Shown: piece after piece, positions 38,896 through 50,695 of the stretch | Layout: each line of letters opens with the position of its first letter | How positions within the stretch are numbered: the first letter of the stretch is position 1 | Source: Chiloscyllium plagiosum | Lineage: Eukaryota | Assembly: GCF_004010195.1 (NCBI RefSeq) | Contig: NC_057718.1 | Coordinates: 82,727,122 to 82,791,121 of the forward strand | Length of the DNA: 64,000 nucleotides | Direction: 5' to 3' | Translations under genes and position numbers: made by a program | The notes under the pieces: model-generated | Database searches by the model: none | Told to the model about the DNA's origin: nothing | What the model saw: only the letters and a program-made list of their open reading frames with translations

Positions 38896-39055
38896 TCAAA
38901 AAGCAGGGTGCTGGAAAAGCGCAGCAGGTCAGGCAGCATCCAAGGAGCAGGAGAGTTGCTATTTGGGGCTGATGGATGCTGTCTGACCGGCTGTGCTTTT
39001 TCAGCACCACGCGTTTTGACTCTGACTGTCCAACATCTGCAGTCCTCACTATCTC
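38896..39055. mobile_element. Fold-back Penelope pLTR inserted at the LTR/PBS junction
   Basis: Inverted family A arms, flanked by AG(C/T)TATTTCAGTG at 38883-38895 and 39056-39068. Confidence 0.8.
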
Positions 39056-41753
39056 AGTTATTTCAGTGGTGATGGGAGAAAACAGGACATGCCTGAAGAA
39101 AATTCACTTACAGCAGTCATCTTAGAATTGGGGTAAGCATTTCTGGCTTTATGCCTTTATTTGGGAAGCTTGACTCATTCGATCCTGCCATTGGAGACTG
39201 GGCCCAGTATGTGGGGAAAAAATGCAGTCTTTTCTGGGCAAATGACATTAGGGCAGATGAAAAGCAACAATCCTTCTGACTGCATGTGGATCTGCAGCAT
39301 TTTCAGTTATAAGGGCCTTATGGTTAAGGAATATTATGACCCCAAACCTCCTTTTTAATTCTGAAACTTTATCGGTTTTATTTGGCTGTTGGAGAACCAT
39401 GGGGAATCTGTACCAGGATTTTTGAGGAGACTGGCAGAGGCATGTGACTTTGAGATAATCCTGAATGAGATGCTGAGTGACTATTTGGTATGTGGGATTA
39501 ATGACATAACCATTCAGAAGTGCCTACTAGTTGATGCCCAACTAGACTTCAAACAGGCACTGCAGCTGGCCTTGTCACTAGAAAATGCAGCAAGTGGACT
39601 GTGGGAGCTACAGGACATTCAAACAAAAGTGGACTCCCTCATGTCTCCAACTGAGCTTGGGGAACACCACTTGAGTATAGGTAATCGCAGAGCCTCACAC
39701 AGGGCATGTGTTGAGCAGATGGACCCCAGGCCAACCCACAGCAGAACCCTACAACAAAGCCGAGACTCGGCCAAGTGGCTTATAGGTTCTCCAGCATCTG
39801 GGCCAGCAAGCTCCTGTAGTTGCTGCAGGTACGTGGACTCGAGACAGCAAAGGAGTCCTGCAAGGCCTGACTTGGGTAATAAAACTTGTAGGCTGGTACC
39901 CAGGAGAGGCCACACCCTGTAAAGTCCCTTTGCATGTGGATTGGAACAATTAAATTACTTAGCAACATCCAAATCAGAACTAATCAAAATTAACGTTTGG
40001 TTAAATGTCACCAAGTTCCCACAGAGTTCGATACTGGCGTAGCTGTACCTGTGGTTGCGGAATCTGTCTTTAACAAGATTCAATCAGGACTCTAACTCTT
40101 AAGTTTGTACAATCGAGGTTGAGCGTGTACACTGAGAACCATTGCAAATTAAGAGACTGGAGCTGAAGTCATACCCTTATGAAAAGTAGTTGGTGCAGTA
40201 ACCAGTGATGGTAGTAAAAGGCTCAGGCGCAGGCCTATTGGGGTGGAATTGGTTGAGAAAGATTTGCCTGGATTGGCTCAACATTTTTTTTCAATTAGAA
40301 AATGGCTCTCTGTGTAGTTTTAGTGAAATAACCAGGTGTTTTTCAGGAAGGGTTTTGAACTATCAAAGGGGCCAAAGCCACATTACCTGTTGACTAGGAA
40401 GCAATTTGAAGGTTTTCCAAGGCCCACCTGGTGCCATTTGCCTTGTGGGTAAAAGTAGAGGCAGAAATCTGGAGGCTGAAGAGCAAAGTAATCATCAAAC
40501 CAATGCGTTTGCAGAATGGGCAGGACCGGTCATACTGATTGTGAAGCCTGACCGCTCAGTTCGCCTTTGGGGGGATTTTTAAGCAAACGGTAAACCGCGC
40601 TCTCAGCTTGATAAATACCCGATCCCTCATACAATGCACTTGTACGTAGAGTTTGCAAGGGGGAGGTGGGGTGGGCTATCCTTTAGAAAACTGGACATAA
40701 GCCATACTTGTCAATTGTAACTGGATGAGGAGTTCCAGAAGTATGCTACGATTAATACCCATCAGTGTTGAGATCATGGGGTATCACCAGCCTGTGCCCT
40801 TTTCCAGCAGACCATGGAGAACATTTTACAAGGGGTACCTCGGGTTGCCATTTATCTGGATGGTGTATTAATAACTGGGAAGGCCAATAAAGAGCACTTG
40901 GAGGACTAGGACATAGTGCTTAAGTGCTCCCAGGCAGGCGTATGCCTTAGAAGGTGAAATGGTATGTTTTGGGTGCCCCCAAGTGACCTACTTGGGTTAC
41001 AGAGTCGACAAAACTGAGTTACACCATTTGGAAGAGAAATTGAGAGCAATCAAAGGAGCTCCAGCTCCCAGGTCTGTATCGGAGCTTTGGTCTTTCCTGG
41101 GGTTTGTGAATTATTATGGAAAATTCATACATAACCTGGCCTCCATCTTGGCACCTTACACCTGAAACAGGGAAGTGGCCACACAGCCAAGAAGTATCCT
41201 TTAGGAAAGTGAAAATGCAGCTATTGCCATCTAAGGTGTTGATCACTACCATCAGAAGTGAGAGGTAGTGCTGACATGCGATGCCTCCCCGTATGGTATC
41301 AGGGTGGTGTTGGCTCGCCGGTGACCCAATGGAGAGCTACACCCGATAGCGTCTGCTTCCCGGACATTGGCTGATGCCGAAAGCAAATATGCCCAGATAG
41401 CGAAGGAAGGTTTGGAGGTCATCTTTAATGTGCAGAAGTTCCACTAGTATCTTTACAAATGGGAATTTGTCATTGTAACCGATCACAAACCCCTGCTAGA
41501 CCGACTGAAGGAAGGCAAGGTGGTGACATCTACAGCTTGTGGTAGAATTCAGCATAAGCTCTTCGTCTCAGGGCATACAAGTTAGAACATTATCCAGGAA
41601 GCCAAATGGCTAAGGCAGATCCCTTGAGCAGCCTCCCACTGGCATATACTCCACCTACGGTGCCTCCCCTGGAACAGTCTGTTTGGTTTTAAACTTTCCT
41701 CACACCCTCCACCCCAACAATATCCAACTGTGGACACAAGAAGATCATGTCGT

Positions 41754-42065
41754 TTAGATTAATTACAGTGTGGAAACAGGCCCTTCGGCCCAACAAGTCC
41801 ACACCGACCCGCCGAAGCGTAACCCACCCAGACCCATTCCCCTACATTTTACCCCTTCACCTAACACTATGGGCAATTTAAGCATAGCCAATTCACCTAA
41901 CCTGCACATTTTTGGATTGTGGGAGGAAATCGGAGCAGCCGGAGGAAACCCACGCAGACACGGGGAGAACATGCAAACTCCACACAGTCGCCTGAGGTGG
42001 GAATTGAACCCAGGTCTCAGGCGCTGTGAGGCAGCAGTGCTAACCACTGTGCCACTGTGCTGCCC
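41754..42065 (-). mobile_element. HE1 SINE inserted in Gypsy pol
   Basis: Complete SINE between the RNase H and integrase remnants. Confidence 0.95.
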
Positions 42066-43516
42066 ACAACTGAAACAGCTGGTGGTAATGGGGGATATAG
42101 AAGGGCCATCACAATCAGGGATGAAACTTTTCTGGACCTGGTGAGATGAGGTCACTATAAAGCATGGTATGTTATTGAGGGGCGCATGGGTGACTATCCG
42201 GACACTGGCCAAACTCCACCAGGGTCATCCAAGAGGAAGATGCTAGCAAGAAGCTGTCTGGTGGTCATGGTTGGATGCTGACATTATTGCATTGGTGGGA
42301 CAGCTAACAAGGACAAAACTTGCCACCAGCAGCACCCCCACATCATGGGAATGGCTGGGAAAGCCCTGGGCTCAGTTGCATGTTGACTCCGCCAATCCTT
42401 TCATGGGCTCAATGTTCCTGATAGTTATGGACATCCATTCAAAGTGGTTGGACACACAAAGCTTATCTGGCAAACTCAGGGATAACGATTGAGAAGCTGC
42501 GAGCATCGTTCACAATACACGGACTCCTGGAATTATCGGTCACAGGCAACGGGACACCATTTACCAGCAGGGAGTTTGAATATTTCCTAAAGTCTGATGG
42601 CATTTGACACCTAAGGAAGACTCCATACCATCCATTGTCCAATGGTATCACAAAAGAACCATTTTAGTCAACAGTCCAAACGTTGAAGACAGTCTTAAAG
42701 AAGCAGCCTACATCGTCACTTGATACCAAACTGTCCCAGTTCCTGTTCAATTAAGGGCCATCCCACACACAACAGGGATAGCTCCAGCAGAGTTGCTGAT
42801 GGGGAGAAGACTCCGCACCAGGTTAAACCTGATATTCCCAAATCTGGTGGGTGGGGGGAGGGAGGGTGAAACAGCAGCAGGAAGGCCAATCCAGCCACAT
42901 ACCCCCTCTACGTGAGAGAGACGATTTAGTTCAGGGATGAAATTTGATGGCGGAACCATGGGAATGGCCCTGTATGGGTACGAGGTCAGGTTCTGTGACT
43001 TAGAGTACAGGCAGGTGATACAGTCCTGGACAAACATGTAGATCACCTGAAAGCTGTTACCTCTCAAATGGGGCAGGAGCAAAACATACCTGGCCCCTCA
43101 GACCAGCTGGGAAGCCTGTCAGAAACCAATAGTTCTCCCCCTCCATCTTGTGTCAAGTAAACCTCAGTCTGAGGTGAATGTAGCCTCAATCCTGTTACCA
43201 ACAGAAGAAGAGGAAGAAACTCTCCTGAGATGCTCCAGACACAATATCTGGGCAACAGTCCAGTAAACACCGCCATGTCAGAGTCTGCATCAGTGAAACT
43301 GGACTTGGAGTGGAAGTAGGGCAAGAAAATCTACGAGACAAAGACCAGGCCGATATCCCTGGACTTAGTGATTGGAACCAGCTGGATCTTGTTGACTGAG
43401 ATTCCTGACTGGGGCTGTTAGTCTGGGCCAATCAGGAAAGCCCTGGCTGACCCATATCATGAGATTTTAAAAAACAGGAGAATTCAGAAAAAATGGCAAA
43501 TTATATAACCAGGAGA

Positions 43517-44257
43517 TAAAACAAAAACCATTTACCACAGGGCAGTGGGGATCCCCTGTGGAGGGCTCTCTATGCGGGAGTCCCCCCCCCCCTTTCTCTC
43601 AGGGATCTGGGGTGGAGAGTGCTGCACGCAGCAGTCCCCTGCAACCGCAGATTGTGGTGGTTCACAGACTCCCAGCCCAACTGCTTGTTCTGTGGAGTTT
43701 GTGGACCATGTGTATATATGGGGTGTGGGCGGTTGCTCTTCCTTTTTAGTTTTCTAGAGAACCTTCTCCTCTGCATTTGGTTGCATTTCAGTCCCACACC
43801 TGACCTTTGGGCACCCAATACGGAGGGAGGAGGGTTGGTCAGAGGATCTCCTCGTGGGTCTGCTCCTGGGCCTGGCCAAACTGGCCATAAACAGGTCCAG
43901 GCAGCGGGCCGTGGAGGGGTTCGTTAGGGCCAACTGCCTGCCCCTCTTCCGTGGCTACATCTGAGCTCAGCTGTCCACCAACACCCTCAAGCAGTTCGGG
44001 GAAAGGTGGGCACTGCAGGGAGTGGAGTGCTTTATTTCCCCCTCCAACTCTTTTGATTTAATCCCTGTCCTTTTGTGAGAAGGGCACTGCTTGTCACTGG
44101 CCACTCGGGTGTTTTGTTCTTCCTGGTGGTGGAATATAAATATCATTTTCTGCACTCGTTTTTTCACTGTGTGAAAATGAGCACTCCCACAGTTAGGCGG
44201 TAAGGTGGGTGGGGGCTTTTCAAAAAAAAAATAAGAGAATTAAAAGCAGAAAACCAA
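43517..44257 (+). mobile_element. 5'-truncated Tx1-like LINE inserted in the Gypsy 3' LTR
   Basis: Zinc-knuckle remnant DSQPNCLFCG..VDHVY..C, RSEDLLVGLLLGLAKLAINRSRQRAVEG and a poly(A) at 44222. Flanked by TAACCAGGAGAT / TAACTGAGGAGAT. Confidence 0.85.
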
Positions 44258-44387
44258 TAACTGAGGAGATTTAGGTTTAGAATCTCCTCCGTTCAGGGGA
44301 CTGACTCCAAACTGGCTGGTCACAAACAGTGTCCTGTGTACAAGGAAATGAAGGGTGACTTGGTGACAGGATATTGCTGTTATTTCA

Positions 44388-44533
44388 GGGCGGAAACCAG
44401 AGCACCCGAAGGAAAACCATGCAGACACTGGGAGAATGTGCAAACTTCGCACAGACTGTTGCGCAAGGGTGGAATCAAACCTGGGTCCCTGGCGCTGTGA
44501 GGCAGTTATGTTAACCACGGAGCCACCATGCCA
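44388..44533 (-). mobile_element. HE1 SINE, 5' part
   Basis: tRNA head and V-domain, joining 34980-35146. Confidence 0.88.
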
Positions 44534-45745
44534 TCACATTGAATCTATTTCTACCACCCTTTCAGGCAGTGCACTTTTGATCAAATGTTTACGAGCTACC
44601 AATCCTTCAGCCATTGGATTCTCATTACTTACTCGATAATTGCTACGCGTACCCTTTGAACATCTCTCTTAAATTTCCCCCGAAGCTCCTCTGTTCTAAG
44701 GAGAACAATTCACGGTTTCGCTAAATAAAAATTATTTGTCTATGGTGAGGTGTTAGCCAATGCGCACTGGGAGTAGATGTCACAAAAGGTCAAAGAGCGG
44801 CAGTTACAATGTTGACATGTGTCTGTCAGGAAGTGCTGCATTAAAACCAAAAAACAGCCTTTCTCCTGCATTAAGGCCAGAATTCCAACTATGAATGAAC
44901 AATCAAGTTGAAAGGAATTGGAGGAGAAACATGGTCCATAAAAAATTGATTAGATGAGAACTCTCTGGCTTAGAAATTTTGGAATTTTCAAATTGGATAC
45001 CCAGCAGAGAATTTTGTTTAAAACGAAGTGTAATGAGAAGACAAAGTTTGACCCAATGAATAAGAACAATGTTAAATGTCTATTTGCAGCTGTATTACTT
45101 AGGGATGAAATTACCCGATGAAGTTCACAATAGCACTCCAAGTATCTCACATATGCTTTGCAGTGAAGCTGTCAACAAGTCTGATTAGCACATACCAGGA
45201 TCAAGCTGAGAATTCTGCAATTGTGAATACTGCCAGGAACAGGGAAACAGACAGTGCGATGTTCCTGCCAAGTGAGAGGAATGGAATGATAAGCGTTGTG
45301 AAGGATGTTGGCTGTTTGTCCATACACTTCAGAACTTATTTTTGTTCACTTGCTGCTCTGCATTCGACATTACAAAGTGTTATCAATAAACTTGTAGCTG
45401 TTAATGGTTTTGCATAACACTTGAGAGCTACTAACACTCCCTGACCATTTTGATTACGACCAGGGTTAAATGATTCAGCAACGTTTTCAAGTAATTGCCT
45501 TAAGCAGTTTAACAAATGGTTTTGACTCTTATTGTGGTATTACTGGTGCTTTAATGTTGCAGATTTTAATTTCATAGAAGAGAATGAATGAAGCAGCTAC
45601 TGCCTTTAATAAAAAGGATAATGTTGGACTGTACATTGGACAGCTGGGTCTGATAGGCTGGGAAGTGCATCACACATGGCAGAGATGCTGTTTCTTGAGT
45701 TTCTGTTGAGCTTCAGTCAGGTAGTGCAGGAGGCCAAGGACAGAG

Positions 45746-45960
45746 AGTTAAAAATCACACAACATCAGGTTATAGTCCAACAGGTTTATTTGGAAGCACT
45801 AGCTTTTGGAGCGACGCTCCTTCATGTGGTTGACAATCATCTGATGAAGGAGCAGCGCTCTGAAAGCTAATGCTTCCAAATAAACCTGTTGGACTATAAC
45901 CTGATGTTGTGTGATTTTTTTAACTTTGTACACCCCAGTTCAACACCGGCATCTCCAAAT
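45746..45960. mobile_element. Palindromic Penelope family B pLTR pair with 11-bp flanking duplication
   Basis: About 80-bp inverted arms at 45747-45826 and 45844-45924. CAAGGACAGAG occurs at 45735-45745 and 45961-45971. Confidence 0.88.
45838..45872 (+). ncRNA. Minimal type I hammerhead ribozyme motif
   Basis: CAU-CUGAUGA-A-GGAGC AGC GCUCU-GAAA-GC-UA-AUG, with stem I CAU/AUG and a palindromic AGCU stem III. Confidence 0.72.
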
Positions 45961-46440
45961 CAAGGACAGAGGTCAGAGGTCAAGGACAGAAAATTACACC
46001 ATCAGGGAATTGAAAGCTTCAGATGTATTTGCAAATTGAGCAGAGGTGTTCTGCAAAGTGTCACTCATTCTGTGTTTGGATTCCCTCGCCTCCCAATCCC
46101 ACATGGTAGAGGGTACCACATCATGAGCAGACAGTACAGTATAGGAGATTCCTGAAGAAGGGCTTATGCCCGAAACATCGATTCTCCTGTTCCCTGGATG
46201 CTGCCTGACCTGCTGCGCTTTTCCAGCAACACATTTCCAGCTCGAGATTGATGGAAATGCAAGTAAATCAAGGTTTCGCCTGGAAACTGTGTGTGGGACC
46301 TTGATTGGGGGATAAGGAGGAGGGGATAGGGCCAGCATTGCATTCCTGCACATGCAGGGGACAATGCTGTGCGAGGGGAGAGGCTGTTGGCAGAGTTGAG
46401 GAGTGGCCCAGGTGCTGAGGAAGGAATGTTGAAAACTCTG

Positions 46441-46882
46441 ATCACCCATCAGACTGTGTTCACTGACCCACACTGGCTCGCATTTAAATAAAGCCTCAAT
46501 TTTAAAATTCTCATCCTTATTTTCAAACACTGCTTTCTGCTCCCAATCTACGGAAGCTCCTCAGCCCCATAACCCCCATGATATCCGTGTTTAACTAATT
46601 CTGGTCACTCGAAAATCTCCAGTTCTAGTTTTTCCACCATTGGTATCCATGCATCTAGCTTTTTAAACTCTAAGGTCTGCAGTTCCCTCAGTAAATACCA
46701 CCACCTCATCATCTCTCATTCCATCATTGAGCTGCTCCATGAAGCCAACTTCATTGACCAAGCTTCAGTCACCTGACCTTGCAGGTGACTCAGGGTCATG
46801 TTTAACTTCAATGCTCCTGTGAAGCATCATGGGGCAATTTGTTACATTGAAGGAACTATTTAAATATAAGTTATTGCTGTTT
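46441..46882 (+). mobile_element. L2 LINE 3' fragment
   Basis: TDPHWL...NFKILILIFK resembles the L2 motif LHWLPV..RIxFKIL, with an L2-type tail. Confidence 0.78.
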
Positions 46883-47124
46883 GCAAAGGTTAGGTGTCAG
46901 ATTTGTCGTTTGAGTAGAAGTTGGGTTGACTGGGCCTGAATTTGTTGGTGTTCAGAGGAAAGGGAGAGGACCTCACGGAAACATAACATCCTGGTCAGGC
47001 CTAGATAGGCTGGATGCAGACTTGGTTCCAATTACAACATTTAAAAGGCATCTGGATGGGTATATGAAAAGGAACGATTTGAAGGGATATGGGACAAAAG
47101 CTGGCATATGGGACTAGACCAAAG

Positions 47125-47461
47125 AATCATTGAATCACTACAGTGTGGAAACAGGCTATTTATCTCATTGAGTCCACACTGACTCTCTGAAGAACATCCC
47201 ACCTAGACCCAACCTTTAACTCTGCATTTTTCATGGTTAATGCATCTAGCCTGCACATCCCTGAACACTATGGGCAGTTTAGCATGGTCAATCCACCTAA
47301 GTTGCACATCTTTGTACTACAGGAGGAAACTGGAGCACCTAAAGGAAGCCCATGCAGACACAGGGAGAATGGACATGGAGTTTACATCGTCTCCCAAAGC
47401 TGGAATTGAACCCAGGTCCCTAGCACTATGAGGTAGCAGTGCTAACCTCTGAGCTACCACA
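47125..47461 (-). mobile_element. HE1 SINE (older) inside a CR1 3' tail (about 46960-47525, plus strand)
   Basis: SINE motifs. The CR1 UTR GGGACTAGA..ATTGGGATAGCTGG resumes at 47461. Confidence 0.85.
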
Positions 47462-48175
47462 TTGGGATAGCTGGTTAGTATGAACGAGTTGGACCAAAGG
47501 ATCTGTCTCCATGCTGTATGACTGTATTACGATAAATGAAATCAACAGTTATGGCCTCATGTCATATTAACATTCAGGATACCTTCCATCATGTGTGCCA
47601 ATACTTCCCTGTTCTGCACCAGCATCACACCACAAACCAAAACAGGAGATAAATGCTCAAAATTCTTCCATGTAACTTCCTAGAGCCACAAAACATCATA
47701 ATCTCTGCTGCTGACTACATCTAGGAACAGACTCATCTGAGCCTTGGCTGTTGTGTGGAAGCCCTGAAGTGATGTTACAGCAACAGGCACTGTGGCAGTG
47801 TCACTTGATACAAGGCAAGGCTTGTTCAAGGTGTTACTTGTGGTCCTGAACATTAGGATAGCAAAAGACATTTTCCATTCTTCTATGTATCGGTAATCAG
47901 CAATTGTAAGCATTTTGAGTCTTTTCTGCCTGGCTGACTTTTTTTTTAAAATCATATTATCTACCTTACAAAGCAGTTCATTTATTGTTGCTGCCATATT
48001 GCAAAGTCAGTCAGGAATGATATTTGAGTGTTTTTGCCAGAATAGAGTTTGTAACTATATTAGTGAAAAGTAAAAGTCTTTCTTAATTGTTTACACCATG
48101 TATTGGAGAGGCTCAGAGAGGAGATCTCTAGAATCTTCCGTACTCAGGTTTACTGTGATCTGATATCACTGACGA

Positions 48176-48275
48176 AGCAAAAACAGAAATTGCAGGAGAA
48201 ATTCAACAGCCCTAGCAACGCCTGTGGAGAGAAAGCTGAGTTAACATTTAGGGTCCAGTGATCCTTCTTCAGAAC
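48176..48275 (-). mobile_element. Penelope pLTR family C relic
   Basis: Matches 6445-6542. Confidence 0.65.
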
Positions 48276-48658
48276 AAATGATGCAGTCTAGCTGCGAGCT
48301 AAAGCTACTAATTTATACATGCTATGATCAAAATGTGCAGTGATCCATTCAGATACATCCTAACTAATGTGTCCAGCTCCAGTTCCTGAGAAACAGTGTT
48401 ATTCAAACATTGGGAGGCAGTACAACAAAGAAAGAATGACATGGCTGACCCCTGCTGTCCAGTATTTGAGTTGCAAGGGATGACTGTGGAGGCTTTGCAG
48501 TTTGGATAGGAGGCATCTATGAGGCAATTCTAATGTAAATTAGATTGCAAATGAATGGAAAATGTCACTTCATGCACTAATTTAAAACTCTCAGTGTTAA
48601 GAAAGGGAATGAAGACTCAAAGAGTTAAACATAAATGAGATCTAAGCCTGACAAAATG

Positions 48659-49044
48659 AAGTTAAAAATCACACAACACCAGGTTATAGTCCAACAGGTT
48701 TAATTGGAAGCACTAGCTTTCGGAGCGACGCTCCTCAAGAAGGACGGATACTCAAAAAATACAGTCCACAGATTCCTCAAGAACAAACCACGACAAGCAG
48801 ACCAAACACAGCCAGAAACCCTAACCACCTTACCATACATCAAAGAAGTCTCAGAAATGATAGCGAGACTACTAAGACCTACATCACCACAAACCCCTGG
48901 AACCCCATCCAGGACAAACATATAAATAGAAAGCAGGAGACAACAGCTTCGCTTCACTTGGAGGTCGCCACTGATGATGTTACCTAGCCAGGTAATGAAA
49001 CGTTGGATATAAACCTACAGCTCAGTGAGCAAACCTACACCCTA
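48659..49044. mobile_element. Family B pLTR (minus, 48659-48736) abutting a different Penelope fragment (plus) that ends in a family D hammerhead-like motif
   Basis: GYSKNTVHRFL...TTLPYIKEVSEMIARLLRP and CCA-CTGATGA-T-GTTACC TAGCCA GGTAAT-GAAA-CGT-TGG at 48968-49006. Confidence 0.8.
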
Positions 49045-49499
49045 TGTCTGTGTGGAGTTTGCACATTCTCCCCATATTAGTGGGGTTTCCTATGAGTGCT
49101 CCAGTTTCCTTCCACAGTCCAAAGATGTACAGATTAGGTGAATTGGCCATGCTAAATTGCCCATAGTGTCCAGAGATGTACGCCTGGATATCAAACCTAC
49201 AGCTCAGTGAGCAAACCTACACCCTATGTCTGTGAGGAGTTTGCACATTCTCCCCATATTAGTGGGGTTTCCTATGAGTGCTCTAGTTTCCTTCCACAAT
49301 CCAAAGATGTACAGGTTAGGTGAATTGGCCATGCTAAATTGCCCATAGTGTCCAGAGATGTATAGGTTAGGTGGATTAGAGGTGCAGAGTTACAGGGATA
49401 GGGTAGGGGGTTGGATCTGGATGGAATGTTCTTTGGAGATTCAGTGTGGACTCAATGGTCTTTACTGCCTACTTCCATGCTATAGAGATTCTATGATTC
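49045..49499 (+). mobile_element. Headless HE1 SINE with a ~181-bp tandem duplication
   Basis: 49004-49180 is repeated at 49185-49361. Confidence 0.88.
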
Positions 49500-50152
49500 A
49501 CACACGCAGAAGAGGCAGTAAGCCATTTGGAGCCAGATGTCGTCAAGGGTGAAGTGAAGTAAGGAGGGTTTGATTTGGGCTTTTGGTAGACACGTTAAAC
49601 TGACTGGTTCGACTAGACGCCTTCACTCTCTGACAGGACCCAGCAGGACACCAGGCAGGTGGATAGGAAAGGAGGAACATCACTGATTCTGGTGCATTGT
49701 AATGGCCCACGATTGTTATTGTTCAAAAACTTATTCCCAGGTGAGCAATTGACATGTGCAGAAGTGAATCAAGTTAAAAATCACACAACACCAGGTTATA
49801 GTCCAACAAGTTTAATTGGGGGGCCGCTCCTTCATCAGGTAATCAAGAAGTGAATCAGCAGCTAAAACGCATTGACGCCATATCCGATCAGGTCCAATAT
49901 GAGAAAGCGGTGGTCTTTCTGCAAGATGCTGAAACATTCTGCAAATAAGCGCCTGACAATGAAGAATTTCAGCAATACAGCAACAGATAGCCACTGGAGA
50001 GATATTGATTGGGTGTTTGCTGAATCATTGTACACCATATGACAGGTTGGTTCAGTCAAGGCAATAGGTGAGCATCAGTTCAACATAAAGTGTCAGACAA
50101 GTCCCAGTGCATTGTGCAATGTCATGAACTTCACAACACCTGTATGAATTGG

Positions 50153-50695
50153 TGTGGTGTAAAATTATGTCCCAATACATGTGTGAATCATAATGTAACA
50201 CATGTATTGGGCCAAGCAGTGGAATGTGGTGAAACGGTTAAAAATTATGTCCCAATACATGTGTGAATCTAACCGGAATGGAGGTATTGCTTAGTCCCGT
50301 GTGAATCTTATTACACACCTCCCCGTGTGAATCTTCTTATCTGTATGTAACCAGAATGGAATGTGTTTTTTAGCCTTGCTCTGCTGTTCACATGAATGTT
50401 TATATCTGGAAAAGAGTATATCAGCTGGAAAAGTCTCCAGTTCGGAGAGTCTGCTCCGGGGTTACGTTTAACCGCCGAGCGTGGGTTGTTGGCAACCGCT
50501 CTACGAGAACTGACGGCTCCCAGTTCCGGTAACATGTAGAGTGAGTATAAGCCAGACCCGTTGTAAGTATGAGACCTGGTTGTGGCGACGCTGCGGGGAA
50601 TAAAATGCTCATATTCTAGCAGACTCGCCTCTTGGTCGTTTGTTCTGAGTCAGACTACTCTCCTACGAACCTGACCTTGAGAATTTTTTAAAACA
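50153..50695 (+). mobile_element. Young solo LTR (543 bp) with a perfect 5-bp TSD
   Basis: TG...CA ends. ATTGG at 50148-50152 and 50696-50700. Internal direct repeats, AATAAA ~50599, CpG-rich. Confidence 0.88.

Larger units (their letters stand above)
35147..44387 (+). mobile_element. Full-length decayed Gypsy LTR retrotransposon (gag-PR-RT-RH-IN) with both LTRs
   Basis: 5' LTR starts TGTAGTGATTGG at 35147 and ends TATTTCA at 38892/39065. PBS-like TGGTGATGGG at 39067. Gag LVCGINDITIQKCLL, DTG ~40031, YLDxxLITG ~40853, LTCDASPYG ~41271, TDHKPL ~41478, integrase PWAQLHVD and PYHPxSNG. 3' LTR ~43363-44387. Degenerate 5-bp TSD GGGAA/GGGCG. Confidence 0.92.
45670..46440 (-). mobile_element. Old Penelope GIY-YIG relic hosting two younger pLTR inserts (45746-45960 and about 46143-46245)
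   Basis: Remnant of IGExKxRxSD..EH (ESKHRMSDTLQN). Family A pLTR with CTGAAGA-A-GGGC TTAT GCCC-GAAA at 46152. Confidence 0.6.

Noticed and set aside
39389..39922. Domesticated gag gene
   Set aside because: It is a fragment of a Gypsy element riddled with stops and frameshifts, with no sign of preservation.
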